Shown here: one piece after another, positions 1 through 9,778 of the stretch
How positions within the stretch are numbered: the stretch's first letter is position 1
Layout: every line of letters begins with the position of its first letter
NCBI GenBank assembly: GCA_963713865.1
Contig: OY970208.1
Location: forward strand, 1,568,001-1,632,000
Direction: 5' to 3'
DNA from: an uncultured candidate division Zixibacteria bacterium
Lineage (GTDB): Bacteria; Zixibacteria; MSB-5A5; RBG-16-43-9
DNA length: 64,000 bases
Notes under the pieces: generated by a model
The model's database searches: none
What the model was told of the DNA's origin: nothing
The model's input: only the letters and a program-made list of their open reading frames with translations
Program-made: the position numbers and the translations under genes

Positions 1-635
1 GCATCTTTATGGGTTACCAGGATGCTGTTACCTGTAACCTGGATCAGAATAGAATCCGGAGTAGATGGAGATGAACTACCTCCACTTATTGAACTCCTTT
101 CGGAAAGACATTCACTCTGCAGGTTAAGGACTTTACGGGTGCAGGGGGAGGGACCAGATTTGAAAAGATAGTTTATTAGCCAGACTACATCGGATAGGCT
201 GATTTTTCGGTCCAGGTTACAGTCACCAATCCAGGAGGGATTAGGTGGATTCCCGGATTTTAGAAGATAGCTAATTAAATAAATTATATCTGAAATTCCT
301 GAAAGACTGTCTCCATTCATATCTCCGCAGGTATAGCTCAGAAGTGGAAGCTCTTGGATGCCTTGTGATATTAAAGGAGTACAACTACAGAATTCATCCC
401 TTATACCCGAGATCTCAATATGTTTATTCTGATAGAGATAAAGGTCAAATAAATCCAGTTGGACCTGGGTTTCAGCATAACCTGAATCCGGGATTAACCT
501 GGCAAGCACCTGACATCCACAGGTAATTCCTTGTGGATGATAAACTAAAACACCTTTTTGAGTCTCCAGGGATAAGGCTGAAGAGGAGAGAAATAATAAG
601 ATAAATGAAACCAACAAAAAGTTTTTGCAAGACAT
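1..635 (-). CDS. Secreted protein with internal type I dockerin domain (5' part only, runs off window; absent from ORF track)
   Basis: Hand translation from ATG at 635 (GGAGG RBS at 641-645): MSCKNFLLVSFILLFLSSSALS signal peptide, then CGDMNGDSLSGISDIIYLISYLLKSG and GDCNLDRKISLSDVVWLINYLFKSGPSPC (nt ~141-330). Frame is open to the window edge. Confidence 0.85.
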   Translation of the reverse strand, partial: MSCKNFLLVSFILLFLSSSALSLETQKGVLVYHPQGITCGCQVLARLIPDSGYAETQVQLDLFDLYLYQNKHIEISGIRDEFCSCTPLISQGIQELPLLSYTCGDMNGDSLSGISDIIYLISYLLKSGNPPNPSWIGDCNLDRKISLSDVVWLINYLFKSGPSPCTRKVLNLQSECLSERSSISGGSSSPSTPDSILIQVTGNSILVTHKD

Positions 636-680
636 AAAATCCTCCAGCGATGAAGATTAAATTTTGTTTTTCCTGAGATA

Positions 681-708
681 ATTTTAACTCTTAAAAGTGT
701 TTTGTCAA
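681..708 (-). promoter_or_regulatory. Sigma70-type promoter
   Basis: Minus strand TTGACA-N16-TAAAAT upstream of the 635 start. Confidence 0.6.
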
Positions 709-925
709 GTAAAATCCACAGATTAATAATACTTAACAGGTAGATTACATCCTAATATTTTACAAAACATTTCGTAGTTTTTAATTGAAGGAAAGGTTTT
801 CTTGCACAGGTAGATATTTTACAAACAAAAACCGACAAAAAGGTTGAAAACTTATGATCCTTGCCTTATATTAGTGAAAGTTGAACTTAAAAGTAATCTT
901 AGATTAGATACAGGACAGCAAAGGT

Positions 926-2176
926 ATGGACATAGAAAAGAAAAACGAATGTATCCCGGGAAAGGGCTCGGCTGGATTAGATAGACACTTTTCTTCATTG
1001 TTTTTTAAACTGGCAGTCTTCTTCGGGATAATAATACTTGCCTTTGTCTATGTTTTTTATACCCAATATGTTATTAACCGGCTGAAAGAAGACTCAAGGA
1101 GAGTCGTTTCCGCTTATGCCAGGCTCTGGAGTCTGGTAGCCTCTGAATCTACTACTGGTGCAGAAATAGATTTAATTTTCGATGAAATTATAAAGAAAAG
1201 TAATTTCCCTATAATCGTAACCTCACCTGTAGGAGAACCTCAAGCCTGGAGAGGTATTGAAATCCCCTGGGACGACACTACCCAGGAGGCCAAGCTCAAG
1301 CTCAGGAAACTGGTCAGCAAAATGGATAAAGAAAAAAAACCGATTCCCATCTATTATGGTGAGGAGAAAAAAATTATTAATTACCTGCATTATGGTGATT
1401 CTGAGTTGATCTCCCAGCTCAGGATTATGCCTTATTTAGAAATAGGGTTATTGCTGATTGTCATCTGGGTTGGCTTTGTGAGTTTCAGAAATATACAAAG
1501 GAGCGAGAAAAGGTCTATCTGGATCGGGATGGCAAAAGAAACTGCTCATCAGCTGGGAACACCTATCTCCTCCCTTTTAGGCTGGGCAGAGCTTTTGAAA
1601 TCCCGCTCAGAAAAGTCCCAAAATGGATCCGCAGGAAAAGATGATTATTTGGAAAAAATGGAAATAGATATAAAAAGATTGGAAAAGGTCGCTTGCAGGT
1701 TTAGCCAGATAGGTTCTCTGCCGGAATTAAAAGAGACGGAATTGAATGAGCTGGTCTCAGAAGTGGTGAATTATTTTAAAGAAAGAATCCCTGAAGGTGT
1801 AGAGATAAAAGAGAATTTAGGTGAATCGATCAAGCTGGAGATAAATCCGGAGCTGTTAAGCTGGGTAATAGAGAATCTTCTGAAAAATTCAGTGGAAGCA
1901 GTCGAGTCACAAAATGGAAAAATAACGGTTTCGACAGGGATAGATAAAAGCAGAAGAAACGTATATGTTCTGGTGACGGATAACGGCAGAGGGATTTTGG
2001 CAAGGGAGCAGAAAAAGATTTTCACTCCAGGATATACTACAAAAATAAGAGGCTGGGGTTTGGGCTTGTCCTTAGCTAAAAGGATTGTGGAAGAATACCA
2101 TAAAGGGAAGATAACTTTAGTAGAGAGCATCCCTAACCAGAAAACGACTTTTTCAGTTAGTTTACCCCTGAGATAA
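926..2176 (+). CDS. Membrane sensor histidine kinase (2 TM, HisKA + HATPase)
   Basis: H-box AKETAHQLGTP, N-box ENLLKNSVEA, DNGRG, F-box FTPGYTTK, GWGLGLS. Confidence 0.93.
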   Translation: MDIEKKNECIPGKGSAGLDRHFSSLFFKLAVFFGIIILAFVYVFYTQYVINRLKEDSRRVVSAYARLWSLVASESTTGAEIDLIFDEIIKKSNFPIIVTSPVGEPQAWRGIEIPWDDTTQEAKLKLRKLVSKMDKEKKPIPIYYGEEKKIINYLHYGDSELISQLRIMPYLEIGLLLIVIWVGFVSFRNIQRSEKRSIWIGMAKETAHQLGTPISSLLGWAELLKSRSEKSQNGSAGKDDYLEKMEIDIKRLEKVACRFSQIGSLPELKETELNELVSEVVNYFKERIPEGVEIKENLGESIKLEINPELLSWVIENLLKNSVEAVESQNGKITVSTGIDKSRRNVYVLVTDNGRGILAREQKKIFTPGYTTKIRGWGLGLSLAKRIVEEYHKGKITLVESIPNQKTTFSVSLPLR

Positions 2177-2230
2177 AAAAAAAGCTGAAAAAGGGCATAG
2201 ATGAGATGTCAATTTTTAACAGGATAATTT

Positions 2231-2301
2231 TGGAATGTAAACCTTCAGGTTTACTCGGGTGAATAAAAGATTTAATAGTAAAGCTAAAGCTTTACTATCC
2301 A
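2231..2301. repeat. REP-like composite palindrome, GGAGTGTAAACC family
   Basis: tggaatgtaaaccttcaggtttac...gtaaagctaaagctttactatcca; related copies at 13586, 21048, 42817. Confidence 0.75.
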
Positions 2302-2332
2302 GGAGTTCTACTAAAAATATTAAGAGGTTCAA

Positions 2333-3898
2333 ATGAAGGAAGAGATAAAAAGCATTCTCTGGGTGGATGATGAGATAGATAAGCTGAAATCCCATATAAT
2401 TTTCTTGGAGGAGAGGGGATATAAGGTAACCCCGGTCAGTAATGGTGATGATGCGGTATCTTTAATTGGAAAGAAGAATTTCGATTTAGTTCTGTTAGAT
2501 GAGATGATGCCGGGGAAGGATGGGCTGACTACCTTGGAGGAAATAAAGGAAAAAAATCCCCATTTGCCGGTGATTATGGTGACGAAAAGCGAGGAGGAAA
2601 ATTTAATGGATCAGGCTATCGGGCAGAAGATCGATGATTATCTGACCAAGCCGGTTAATCCCACCCAGATTTTGTCTGCAACTAAAAGAATTTTAGAGAA
2701 AAAAAGGATAAGGGAAGAGCATCTTTCTAAACAATACGTAACGGATTTTAACCAGATCCGCACAACCCTTTCAGGTCCTCTTACCTGGAGAGAGTGGATA
2801 AAGGTCCACCAGCTTCTTTCAGAATGGGATCTGGAAATGGAGGATTTTAAAGATTTAGGATTAACCGAGACCCATCTAACCCAGAAAAGAGAAATGCAAC
2901 TTAGAATTTGGCAAGTTCATTGAAAAAAGTTATTCTTCCTGGATTGAGAAAAAAGATTCACCTGCTTTATCCGTAGATGTAGTTTCAAAATACCTTTACC
3001 CGCTTCTTCTGGAGAAGAAACCAGTTTTCTTCATAGTGGTCGATTGCATGAGGCTGGATCAATATCTTTTTATTGAGCCGATTTTGAATGAATATTTTAA
3101 CCTGAAAAGGGAATATTATTATTCCATACTTCCAACTGCAACCCCTTATTCCAGAAATGCTATTTTCTCCGGTCTTTTTCCAGGTGAGGTAGCACGGCTC
3201 TATCCGGAATTGTGGAAAGCAGGCACAGAAGACGAGTCCAGTCGGAATAGATATGAGAGACAGTTATTAGATGCTCAATTACAAAGATTAAAGTTGAGTT
3301 TCAAGATAGAGCCTAAATATGTTAAAGTGCTGGATATTGCTGAGGGTGATAATTTAGCAAGGAAGATTTCTTCTTATAAAAATAGTTCTCTTCTTTCAAT
3401 AGTTTACAATTTTTTAGACATATTATCCCATGGAAGGTCTGAATCGGAAATTCTTCTTGAGATTGCGCCAGAACGAGGCGGCTTTTCGTTCTCTTATGAA
3501 GTCCTGGTTTTTGCATTCCTCTCTTTTCGAGATTCTGAAATATCTTTCCAGAACAAGACTGCTCTATCCTTTTGACCACTGATCACGGGAGCGTTTTAGG
3601 AACCAGAGGGACGGTGGCTCATGGAAAAAAAGACACCTCTACCAATCTTAGATACAAATACGGAGATAACGTAAACTGCGATACCAAAAATGCTCTATTG
3701 ATCAAAGAACCTAAAAGATATAAGCTTCCAGCTTATACCATGAGCACTACCTATATTATTGCTAAAGAGGATTACTATTTCGTCTATCCTACAAGGCAGA
3801 GCGAGTATGAAAAGCAGTATAAAAACAGCTTTCAACATGGAGGTATCTCATTAGAGGAGATGATTCTGCCTGTAGCAACCCTTCGCCCGAAAATATAA
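2333..3898 (+). CDS. porX: PorX-type response regulator (receiver + PglZ/alkaline-phosphatase domain), split by three +1 indels (~2893, ~3472, ~3553)
   Basis: Receiver WVDDE..LLDEMMPG..KP. Removing three extra A's gives QKRECNLEFGKFIEKSY, VDCMRLDQ, SILPTATPYSRNAIFSGL, DILSHG, APDEAAFRSLMKSWF, TTDHGS, FQHGGISLEEM. Lies directly upstream of tsaE, as porX commonly does in Bacteroidota. Confidence 0.85.
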
Positions 3899-3912
3899 AA
3901 ACACGCAGAGGT

Positions 3913-4335
3913 TTGGTTAAAGGTAAGATCATAACCTCCTCCCCGGAGGAGACTAAAAAGTTAGGAGAGAGTTTAGCTCAAGGTTTTTCTCCTGGCCTGG
4001 TAGTGGCACTATTCGGTCCATTGGGCAGTGGTAAGACCTGCCTTACTCAGGGGATTTGCTCTGGTCTGGGAGTAAAAGACTTTGTGGTAAGCCCAAGTTT
4101 TGTTTTAATTAATGAATATGAAGGTAGATATAAGGTTTATCATCTCGACCTTTTTCGCTTGGAGAAGTTATCTGAAATCATTAACTTAGGGTATGAAGAG
4201 TATTTTTACGGAGATGGGATTTGTATCATCGAATGGGCGGAAAAGACAAAAGAGCTTTTGCCGGATAAAAGACTTGAGATACATCTTAAGATTTTATCAG
4301 AGAAGAAAAGAGAGATAAGGATAGAGGAGTTTTGA
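3913..4335 (+). CDS. tsaE: tRNA t6A biosynthesis ATPase TsaE
   Basis: GPLGSGKT, SPSFVLINEY, YHLDLFRL, IEWAE. Confidence 0.95.
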   Translation: MVKGKIITSSPEETKKLGESLAQGFSPGLVVALFGPLGSGKTCLTQGICSGLGVKDFVVSPSFVLINEYEGRYKVYHLDLFRLEKLSEIINLGYEEYFYGDGICIIEWAEKTKELLPDKRLEIHLKILSEKKREIRIEEF

Positions 4336-4448
4336 AAAAGCCTCAGGCGGATTAAACCTCATCAGCTGAGCCTTGAAGGCTCAGCTACGCGTTGCGAAAA
4401 TGATGGAAGGCTGAAGCTTGCCGTTACATTTTCAATTAACAAAATTCT

Positions 4449-5135
4449 ATGAAAATCTTAGGGATAGATACTACGACTCCTTATTTAGCTTTAGGAATTA
4501 TAGAAGAGGATAAGGTTCTGTCTGAGTTAAGGTTCAATGCTAAGCAGACTCATGCTCAGGTCCTTTTACCAAGCATTGAAAAGATTTTGAAGCAAACTTC
4601 TCTTGAATTGAATGACTTAGACGGGATCGCTCTGTCGATTGGTCCGGGCTCTTTTACGGGCTTGAGGATTGGACTGGCTACTGCTAAAGGGCTATGCTTT
4701 GCTTCAGGAAAACCTTTGCTGACTGTGCCCACTTTAGATGGTTTAGTCTATTTTAACCTAAATTCTCCTTATCCTTTAGTACCGGTTTTGGATGCGAAAA
4801 AGAATGAAGTTTATTCAGCAGTTTATAACAGCAGAGAAGGTGTATTGGAAAGGATCTCCGATTACTGGGTTTTAAGTGCTGAAAAACTTGTTGCTAAAAT
4901 TCCAGAGGAGGTTATATTTTTAGGTTTAGGCCTGGAGGTTTTCCAGGATAGACTGAAAGAGCTTTGTGGAGAAAAAACCCATTTCCTTGCAGGAGAAAGA
5001 AATTTACCCAGCGGAAGCTCAATCGCTTTCCTGGGTCTGGAGAAGTTTAAACGTTCGGAGTTTGAGGACTTAGAGAAAGCAGAGCCTTTATATTTAAGAA
5101 GCTCTGAAGCAGAATTAAAATTCAAAAATGTCTGA
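4449..5135 (+). CDS. tsaB: tRNA t6A biosynthesis protein TsaB
   Basis: ILGIDTT, GPGSFTGLRIG, DAKKNEVY, EPLYLR. Confidence 0.95.
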   Translation: MKILGIDTTTPYLALGIIEEDKVLSELRFNAKQTHAQVLLPSIEKILKQTSLELNDLDGIALSIGPGSFTGLRIGLATAKGLCFASGKPLLTVPTLDGLVYFNLNSPYPLVPVLDAKKNEVYSAVYNSREGVLERISDYWVLSAEKLVAKIPEEVIFLGLGLEVFQDRLKELCGEKTHFLAGERNLPSGSSIAFLGLEKFKRSEFEDLEKAEPLYLRSSEAELKFKNV

Positions 5136-5583
5136 ACAATTCAAAGACTTAACAATAGAGAGAATGAGAGAGGATGACCTGGCTGAGGTATTAAAGATAG
5201 AGAAGGAGAGTTTTTCTGATCCCTGGACAAAGGAATGCTTTCTTGAAGACCTGTATAAAGATTTTACTTATCCTGCAGTGGCAAAGATAGCTGAAAAGTT
5301 GGTTGGCTATATCTGCTTGTGGAAAATCGTGGATGAATTACAGATCGCTAATTTAGCAGTAGATAGTTTGTTTAGAAAGAGAGGGATTGCTCATCAACTT
5401 CTGCATTGGGTTATCGAGTATGCGCTCAATAAGAATTGTAGAACCATTACCCTGGATGTAAGAGTATCGAATTTAGTCGCTTCAGAGCTTTACCGGAAAT
5501 TTGGTTTTGAGGAGGTAGGTCGAAGAAAAAATTACTATCGTTATCCGGTTGAAGATGCAATTATAATGGGGAAAAAACTTTAA
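5128..5583 (+). CDS. rimI: Ribosomal protein S18 alanine N-acetyltransferase
   Basis: GNAT motifs NLAV..RKRGIA, LDVRVSN, GRRKNYY..EDA; follows tsaB. Confidence 0.9.
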   Translation: MSEQFKDLTIERMREDDLAEVLKIEKESFSDPWTKECFLEDLYKDFTYPAVAKIAEKLVGYICLWKIVDELQIANLAVDSLFRKRGIAHQLLHWVIEYALNKNCRTITLDVRVSNLVASELYRKFGFEEVGRRKNYYRYPVEDAIIMGKKL

Positions 5584-5594
5584 GGAAATACTTT

Positions 5595-6449
5595 ATGGAA
5601 TGGTTCAAAAAGGGCAAAGAGGGTTTAGTTCCACAGCAAAAAAAGGAGATTCCAGATGGATTGTGGACTAAATGTGAAAGCTGTGGAGAGATTATATATG
5701 TTAAAGAGTTAGAGAAGAACCTCTGGGTCTGCCACAGTTGCAATTTTCATTTTAGGATAAAGTCTAGAGATTATATTGAGCTTCTATTAGATGAAGGGAG
5801 ATTAGAAGAATACGACCGGGAGTTAATCTCCGGCGATCCGCTCAGGTTTAAGGATTCCAAAAAGTATCCGGACAGGATCAGGGATTCCCGTAAAAAGACC
5901 GGTCTCAATGATGCGGTAATTGCGGGCATAGGAAAAATTGAAGGTAAAGAGGTCAGTTTCGGGGTGATGGAGTTTGGTTTTATCGGTGGGAGTATGGGTT
6001 CAGTGGTTGGGGAAAAGATTACCCGGGCTATAGAAAGGTCCATGGAGAGGAAGATGCCCCTGGTGATTGTCTCCTGTTCAGGTGGAGCCAGGATGCAGGA
6101 AGGGATTTTATCCCTAATGCAGATGGCTAAGACCAGTGCCTTGCTTGCCAGGCTTTACGATGAGAATATTCCTTTTATCTCAGTTTTGACCAATCCTACC
6201 ACAGCCGGGGTTATGGCAAGTTATGCCTCCCTGGGGGATGTTATAATTGCCGAGCCCAAGGCACTTTTAGGGTTTGCCGGTCCCAGGGTGATTCAGCAGA
6301 CTATCGGACAGGAACTTCCATCGGGTTTCCAGAGCTCTGAATTTTTCCTGGAGCATGGTTTTCTGGATAAGATCGTTGAGAGAAAAGACCTGAAAAGAAC
6401 AATTTCACTTCTATTAGAATATTTTTCTTCCCCGGACAAAAAAAGCTAA
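5595..6449 (+). CDS. accD: Acetyl-CoA carboxylase carboxyltransferase beta subunit
   Basis: Zn finger CESC..CHSC, GGSMGSVVGEK, SGGARMQEG, GFAGPRVI. Confidence 0.96.
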   Translation: MEWFKKGKEGLVPQQKKEIPDGLWTKCESCGEIIYVKELEKNLWVCHSCNFHFRIKSRDYIELLLDEGRLEEYDRELISGDPLRFKDSKKYPDRIRDSRKKTGLNDAVIAGIGKIEGKEVSFGVMEFGFIGGSMGSVVGEKITRAIERSMERKMPLVIVSCSGGARMQEGILSLMQMAKTSALLARLYDENIPFISVLTNPTTAGVMASYASLGDVIIAEPKALLGFAGPRVIQQTIGQELPSGFQSSEFFLEHGFLDKIVERKDLKRTISLLLEYFSSPDKKS

Positions 6450-6486
6450 TTTCAAGCGGGTTATTTTTCCCCTGATAGATTTAAAG

Positions 6487-7764
6487 ATGAATGATCAACA
6501 AGCTGTAGACTTTCTGTTCAATTTAGAAAAGTTTGGTATAAAATTAGGCCTGGAAAATACCTTAGCTTTGATGCATAAGTTTGGTAATCCCCATCTGAAA
6601 TTTTCTTCACTGCATATAGCTGGCACTAATGGTAAAGGGTCCTGCTGTGCTATGCTTCATTCGATCTTAAATCGAGCAGAGTATTTCACCGGTCTTTATA
6701 CTTCCCCTCATCTTTTAGACTTCAGAGAAAGGATTAAAGTAGGGGACTCTCTCATAGAAAAGGATTTTTTAGCAGATTTCGTCTCAGAGTTAAAAGAGGA
6801 GATTTTAGAAAAAAAGTACACTTTTTTTGAAGTCGCTACTGCCTTAGCTTTTTTATATTTCGCTTATAAAAAGATCGAAATTGCAGTGGTTGAGACTGGT
6901 TTAGGCGGCAGATTAGATTCTACCAACATCCTCAAACCAGAGGTTGCCATAATCACCAATATTGGCTTAGAACACACTGACAGATTAGGCAGGACTCTGG
7001 AGAAGATTGCCTGGGAGAAGGGTGGGATCATCAAAGAAAATGTGCCGACTGTAACTTCAATTGGGAGAGAAAAACCTTTTAAGGTAATTGAAGCTTTATG
7101 CCGAAAGAAACAATCAGAGCTGATTTCGGTTTTCAGAGCTTCCAGATGGGAGATTAAAAAAAGCTCAATCGAAGGAATCGAGTTTGACCTTCATACTAAA
7201 AAAGATAACTATACAGGAATCAAGCTCAGTTTAACCGGGGAACACCAGATTAAAAATGCTGCCTGTGCGATTTTAGCCCTGGAAAGGCTCGACCCTGAAA
7301 AGTTTAAAGTTGACAAGTCTGCAATTAAGACTGGATTGGCAGAGGTTAAATGGAGAGGTAGATTAGAAGTATATAGGAGAAAACCTCTAGTTATTTTAGA
7401 TGTGGCTCATAATCCAGATGGGATAAAAATCTTAGTTGAAACCTTGAAAAATACTTTTCCGGATAAAAAAATAGATTTCATCTTCGGAGTAATGGAGGAT
7501 AAGGATTATAAAAAGATGCTTCAGATTATATCCAGGATTGCCAATGAATTAATATTAACCCAACTGCAATATAACAGGTCAGCAAAGCTTCAGTCAATGG
7601 TGAAAACAGCTAAAGAGCTCGGACTAAAATTCAGAGCCATCCCGGACATTAAAAAAGCCTATGAGCTTGCATTGAATAATACAGAAGAAGAGAAGATTAT
7701 ATGTATAACCGGGTCTCACTTTACAGTGAGTGAATTCCTGTCCGGACAGAAGATAAGATCTTAA
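6487..7764 (+). CDS. folC: Folylpolyglutamate synthase/dihydrofolate synthase
   Basis: HIAGTNGKGS, YTSPHL, ETGLGGRLDSTN, DVAHNPDG; accD-folC synteny. Confidence 0.95.
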   Translation: MNDQQAVDFLFNLEKFGIKLGLENTLALMHKFGNPHLKFSSLHIAGTNGKGSCCAMLHSILNRAEYFTGLYTSPHLLDFRERIKVGDSLIEKDFLADFVSELKEEILEKKYTFFEVATALAFLYFAYKKIEIAVVETGLGGRLDSTNILKPEVAIITNIGLEHTDRLGRTLEKIAWEKGGIIKENVPTVTSIGREKPFKVIEALCRKKQSELISVFRASRWEIKKSSIEGIEFDLHTKKDNYTGIKLSLTGEHQIKNAACAILALERLDPEKFKVDKSAIKTGLAEVKWRGRLEVYRRKPLVILDVAHNPDGIKILVETLKNTFPDKKIDFIFGVMEDKDYKKMLQIISRIANELILTQLQYNRSAKLQSMVKTAKELGLKFRAIPDIKKAYELALNNTEEEKIICITGSHFTVSEFLSGQKIRS

Positions 7765-7773
7765 ATTTTTTGG

Positions 7774-7842
7774 GTAGGAGCGGATTTGAAGTCCGCCTTT
7801 ACAGATAAGAGATGTAGGGGTTCAAAATTTTGAACCCCTACA
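7774..7842. repeat. Two tandem GTAG-type REP hairpins
   Basis: gtaggagcggatttgaagtccgcctttaca and tgtaggggttcaaaattttgaacccctaca. Confidence 0.75.
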
Positions 7843-7913
7843 AAAGATTAGAAAATAGGGATTGACAAATCGTATAGATAGTTAATAACTTAATTCAGAT
7901 TTCAGGAGGCTGG

Positions 7914-8792
7914 ATGATTTTAAGTATGACCGGTTACGGGAAAGCAGAAGCGATTGGACCTGAGTTTAAGGTAATAGTGGAGATAAGCTCAGTTAATAAT
8001 CGCTTCTGCGAGATACAGTTTCGACTACCTAAGTTCCTTTCCTCTTTAGAGTCAAAACTGAAGGAAAAAATATTGGGGAAGATAACCAGGGGTAAAATTA
8101 CCTATAGTTTGACCTGGGAAAAGAATCTACCTTTATCTTCTTATGTGAAATTAAATGAGGAAGCGGCTGAGGTTTACTATATTATTTTCAAACAGCTAAA
8201 GGAAAAATATAACTTATCTGGAGAATTAGAAGTGGAGGATTTTGTTAATCTTCCAAACTTAATTAAGATGGAAAAAGAGGAATATGATCTGGATAAAACC
8301 TGGGAAGTAATCTCTGAAGTCACAGGGAAAGCATTATCTGAGCTTAACTCGATGAGAAGTTCAGAGGGATCAAGCTTAAGCACTGATCTCAGGACCAGAG
8401 TGGAAAGCTTAGATAAGGCTCTGAAAAAGATAGAAAAACTTGCCAGCCAGAACGTGGAAAGCTACAGGATGAGATTACAGGGCAGGATATCGGAACTTAT
8501 AGGGGAAATGAATTTAGATGAACAGCGATTAGCCCAGGAAGTGGCTTTGTTAGCCGAGAGGTCTGATGTGACCGAAGAATGTATAAGGTTTAAAAGTCAT
8601 AATCAGCAGTTTCGGAGCGCGCTGGAAGAGGAGGTTCCGGTTGGAAAAAGGTTGACATTTCTTTTGCAGGAAATGAATCGCGAGGCTAATACCATAGGCT
8701 CTAAAGCCTTAAGTGCGCCCATTTCTCAGTTAGTTATCTTTTTGAAAGAGGAAATCGAAAAAATCAGAGAGCAGGTGCAGAACATAGAATGA
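7914..8792 (+). CDS. yicC: YicC/YloC family endoribonuclease
   Basis: MILSMTGYG, SVNNRF, QEMNREANTIGSK, EKIREQVQNIE. Confidence 0.95.
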   Translation: MILSMTGYGKAEAIGPEFKVIVEISSVNNRFCEIQFRLPKFLSSLESKLKEKILGKITRGKITYSLTWEKNLPLSSYVKLNEEAAEVYYIIFKQLKEKYNLSGELEVEDFVNLPNLIKMEKEEYDLDKTWEVISEVTGKALSELNSMRSSEGSSLSTDLRTRVESLDKALKKIEKLASQNVESYRMRLQGRISELIGEMNLDEQRLAQEVALLAERSDVTEECIRFKSHNQQFRSALEEEVPVGKRLTFLLQEMNREANTIGSKALSAPISQLVIFLKEEIEKIREQVQNIE

Positions 8793-8899
8793 ACTATCAT
8801 TAACCATCATGGTAAGCGATTATATAATATTTTTGACCCTTGAATCTGCTACGCTGGTTTAAAGATTGGTTGAAAACTTAAAAAAGTCGAAAATCATAA

Positions 8900-9514
8900 G
8901 TGATGAGAAAAAGTAACAAACCTCTATTAGTGGTTTTATCGTCTCCCTCTGGCGGAGGGAAAACGGTTATAGCAAACCTGTTACTCAGAAAACATCCTGA
9001 ATATTCCCGCTCGATCTCAATCACCACCAGAGAAAAAAGAAAAGGTGAAAAGGAAGGGGTTGATTATTATTTTGTTGACCAGAAAGATTTTCAGAGAAAG
9101 ATAAATCGGGATGAGTTTGTGGAATGGGCTAAGGTTTTTGGAGATTATTACGGAACTCCTAAAAAAAGCATCCTAAAAACCGTTGGTAAGATTAAAGTGT
9201 TATTATTGGTCTTAGATGTGCAAGGGGGATTGACTATCAAACGAAGATATCCAGAAAGCGTATTGATATTCATTTTACCACCTTCTCTTCCAGAGCTGAA
9301 AAAAAGGCTGGTCAATCGAAATACCGATAGACCGGATATGATTAAAAGAAGATTGAGAACCGCCATAAAGGAAATAGAATTTTGTAAAAAATATGATTAT
9401 CTGGTGGTCAATAAAACTCTCGGAGAAACGGTTGAACTGATAGAAAATATCATCATCACAGAGGAACATAGAGCGGGAAAGGTGTGTTCGGGTCGTTTCT
9501 TTAGAAAAACTTAA
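8900..9514 (+). CDS. gmk: Guanylate kinase
   Basis: SSPSGGGKT, SITTREKRKGEKEGVDYYF, YYGTP, DVQGG, FILPPS. Confidence 0.95.
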   Translation: MMRKSNKPLLVVLSSPSGGGKTVIANLLLRKHPEYSRSISITTREKRKGEKEGVDYYFVDQKDFQRKINRDEFVEWAKVFGDYYGTPKKSILKTVGKIKVLLLVLDVQGGLTIKRRYPESVLIFILPPSLPELKKRLVNRNTDRPDMIKRRLRTAIKEIEFCKKYDYLVVNKTLGETVELIENIIITEEHRAGKVCSGRFFRKT

Positions 9515-9529
9515 GCTTGAGGTGATTTA

Positions 9530-9766
9530 ATGACAAACCTTTCAAAAGATAGCTTTAATAAGTTACCAGCGAACAGATTTGCGGTAGTTATTATTGCAGC
9601 CAAACAATCCAGAAAGATTAACAAGGTATTTTTAAACGAAAGTGAAAAGGAAAAGGAAGAAAAAGAAGGGAAAATATTTAAACCTGCAGTTGAAGCACTA
9701 AAATCCCTCTCAAAGGGGGAAATCGAATTTCGATATCCTGAGTTCAAAATTCGAAAGGTAAGATAG
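9530..9766 (+). CDS. rpoZ: RNA polymerase omega subunit
   Basis: NRFAVVIIAAKQSRKI..KPAVEALKSLSKGEI; follows gmk. Confidence 0.8.
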   Translation: MTNLSKDSFNKLPANRFAVVIIAAKQSRKINKVFLNESEKEKEEKEGKIFKPAVEALKSLSKGEIEFRYPEFKIRKVR

Positions 9767-9778
9767 GTCAATAAATTT

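Noticed and set aside
344-526. 60-aa + strand ORF
   Set aside because: Antisense shadow of the dockerin gene at 1-635
2880-3560. Programmed frameshifting or phase variation in porX
   Set aside because: No slippery heptamer or long homopolymer, and the same indel type hits unrelated genes
2333-3898. PglZ domain as part of a BREX defence system
   Set aside because: Fused to a receiver domain and next to tsaE (PorX architecture); no brxC or pglX nearby
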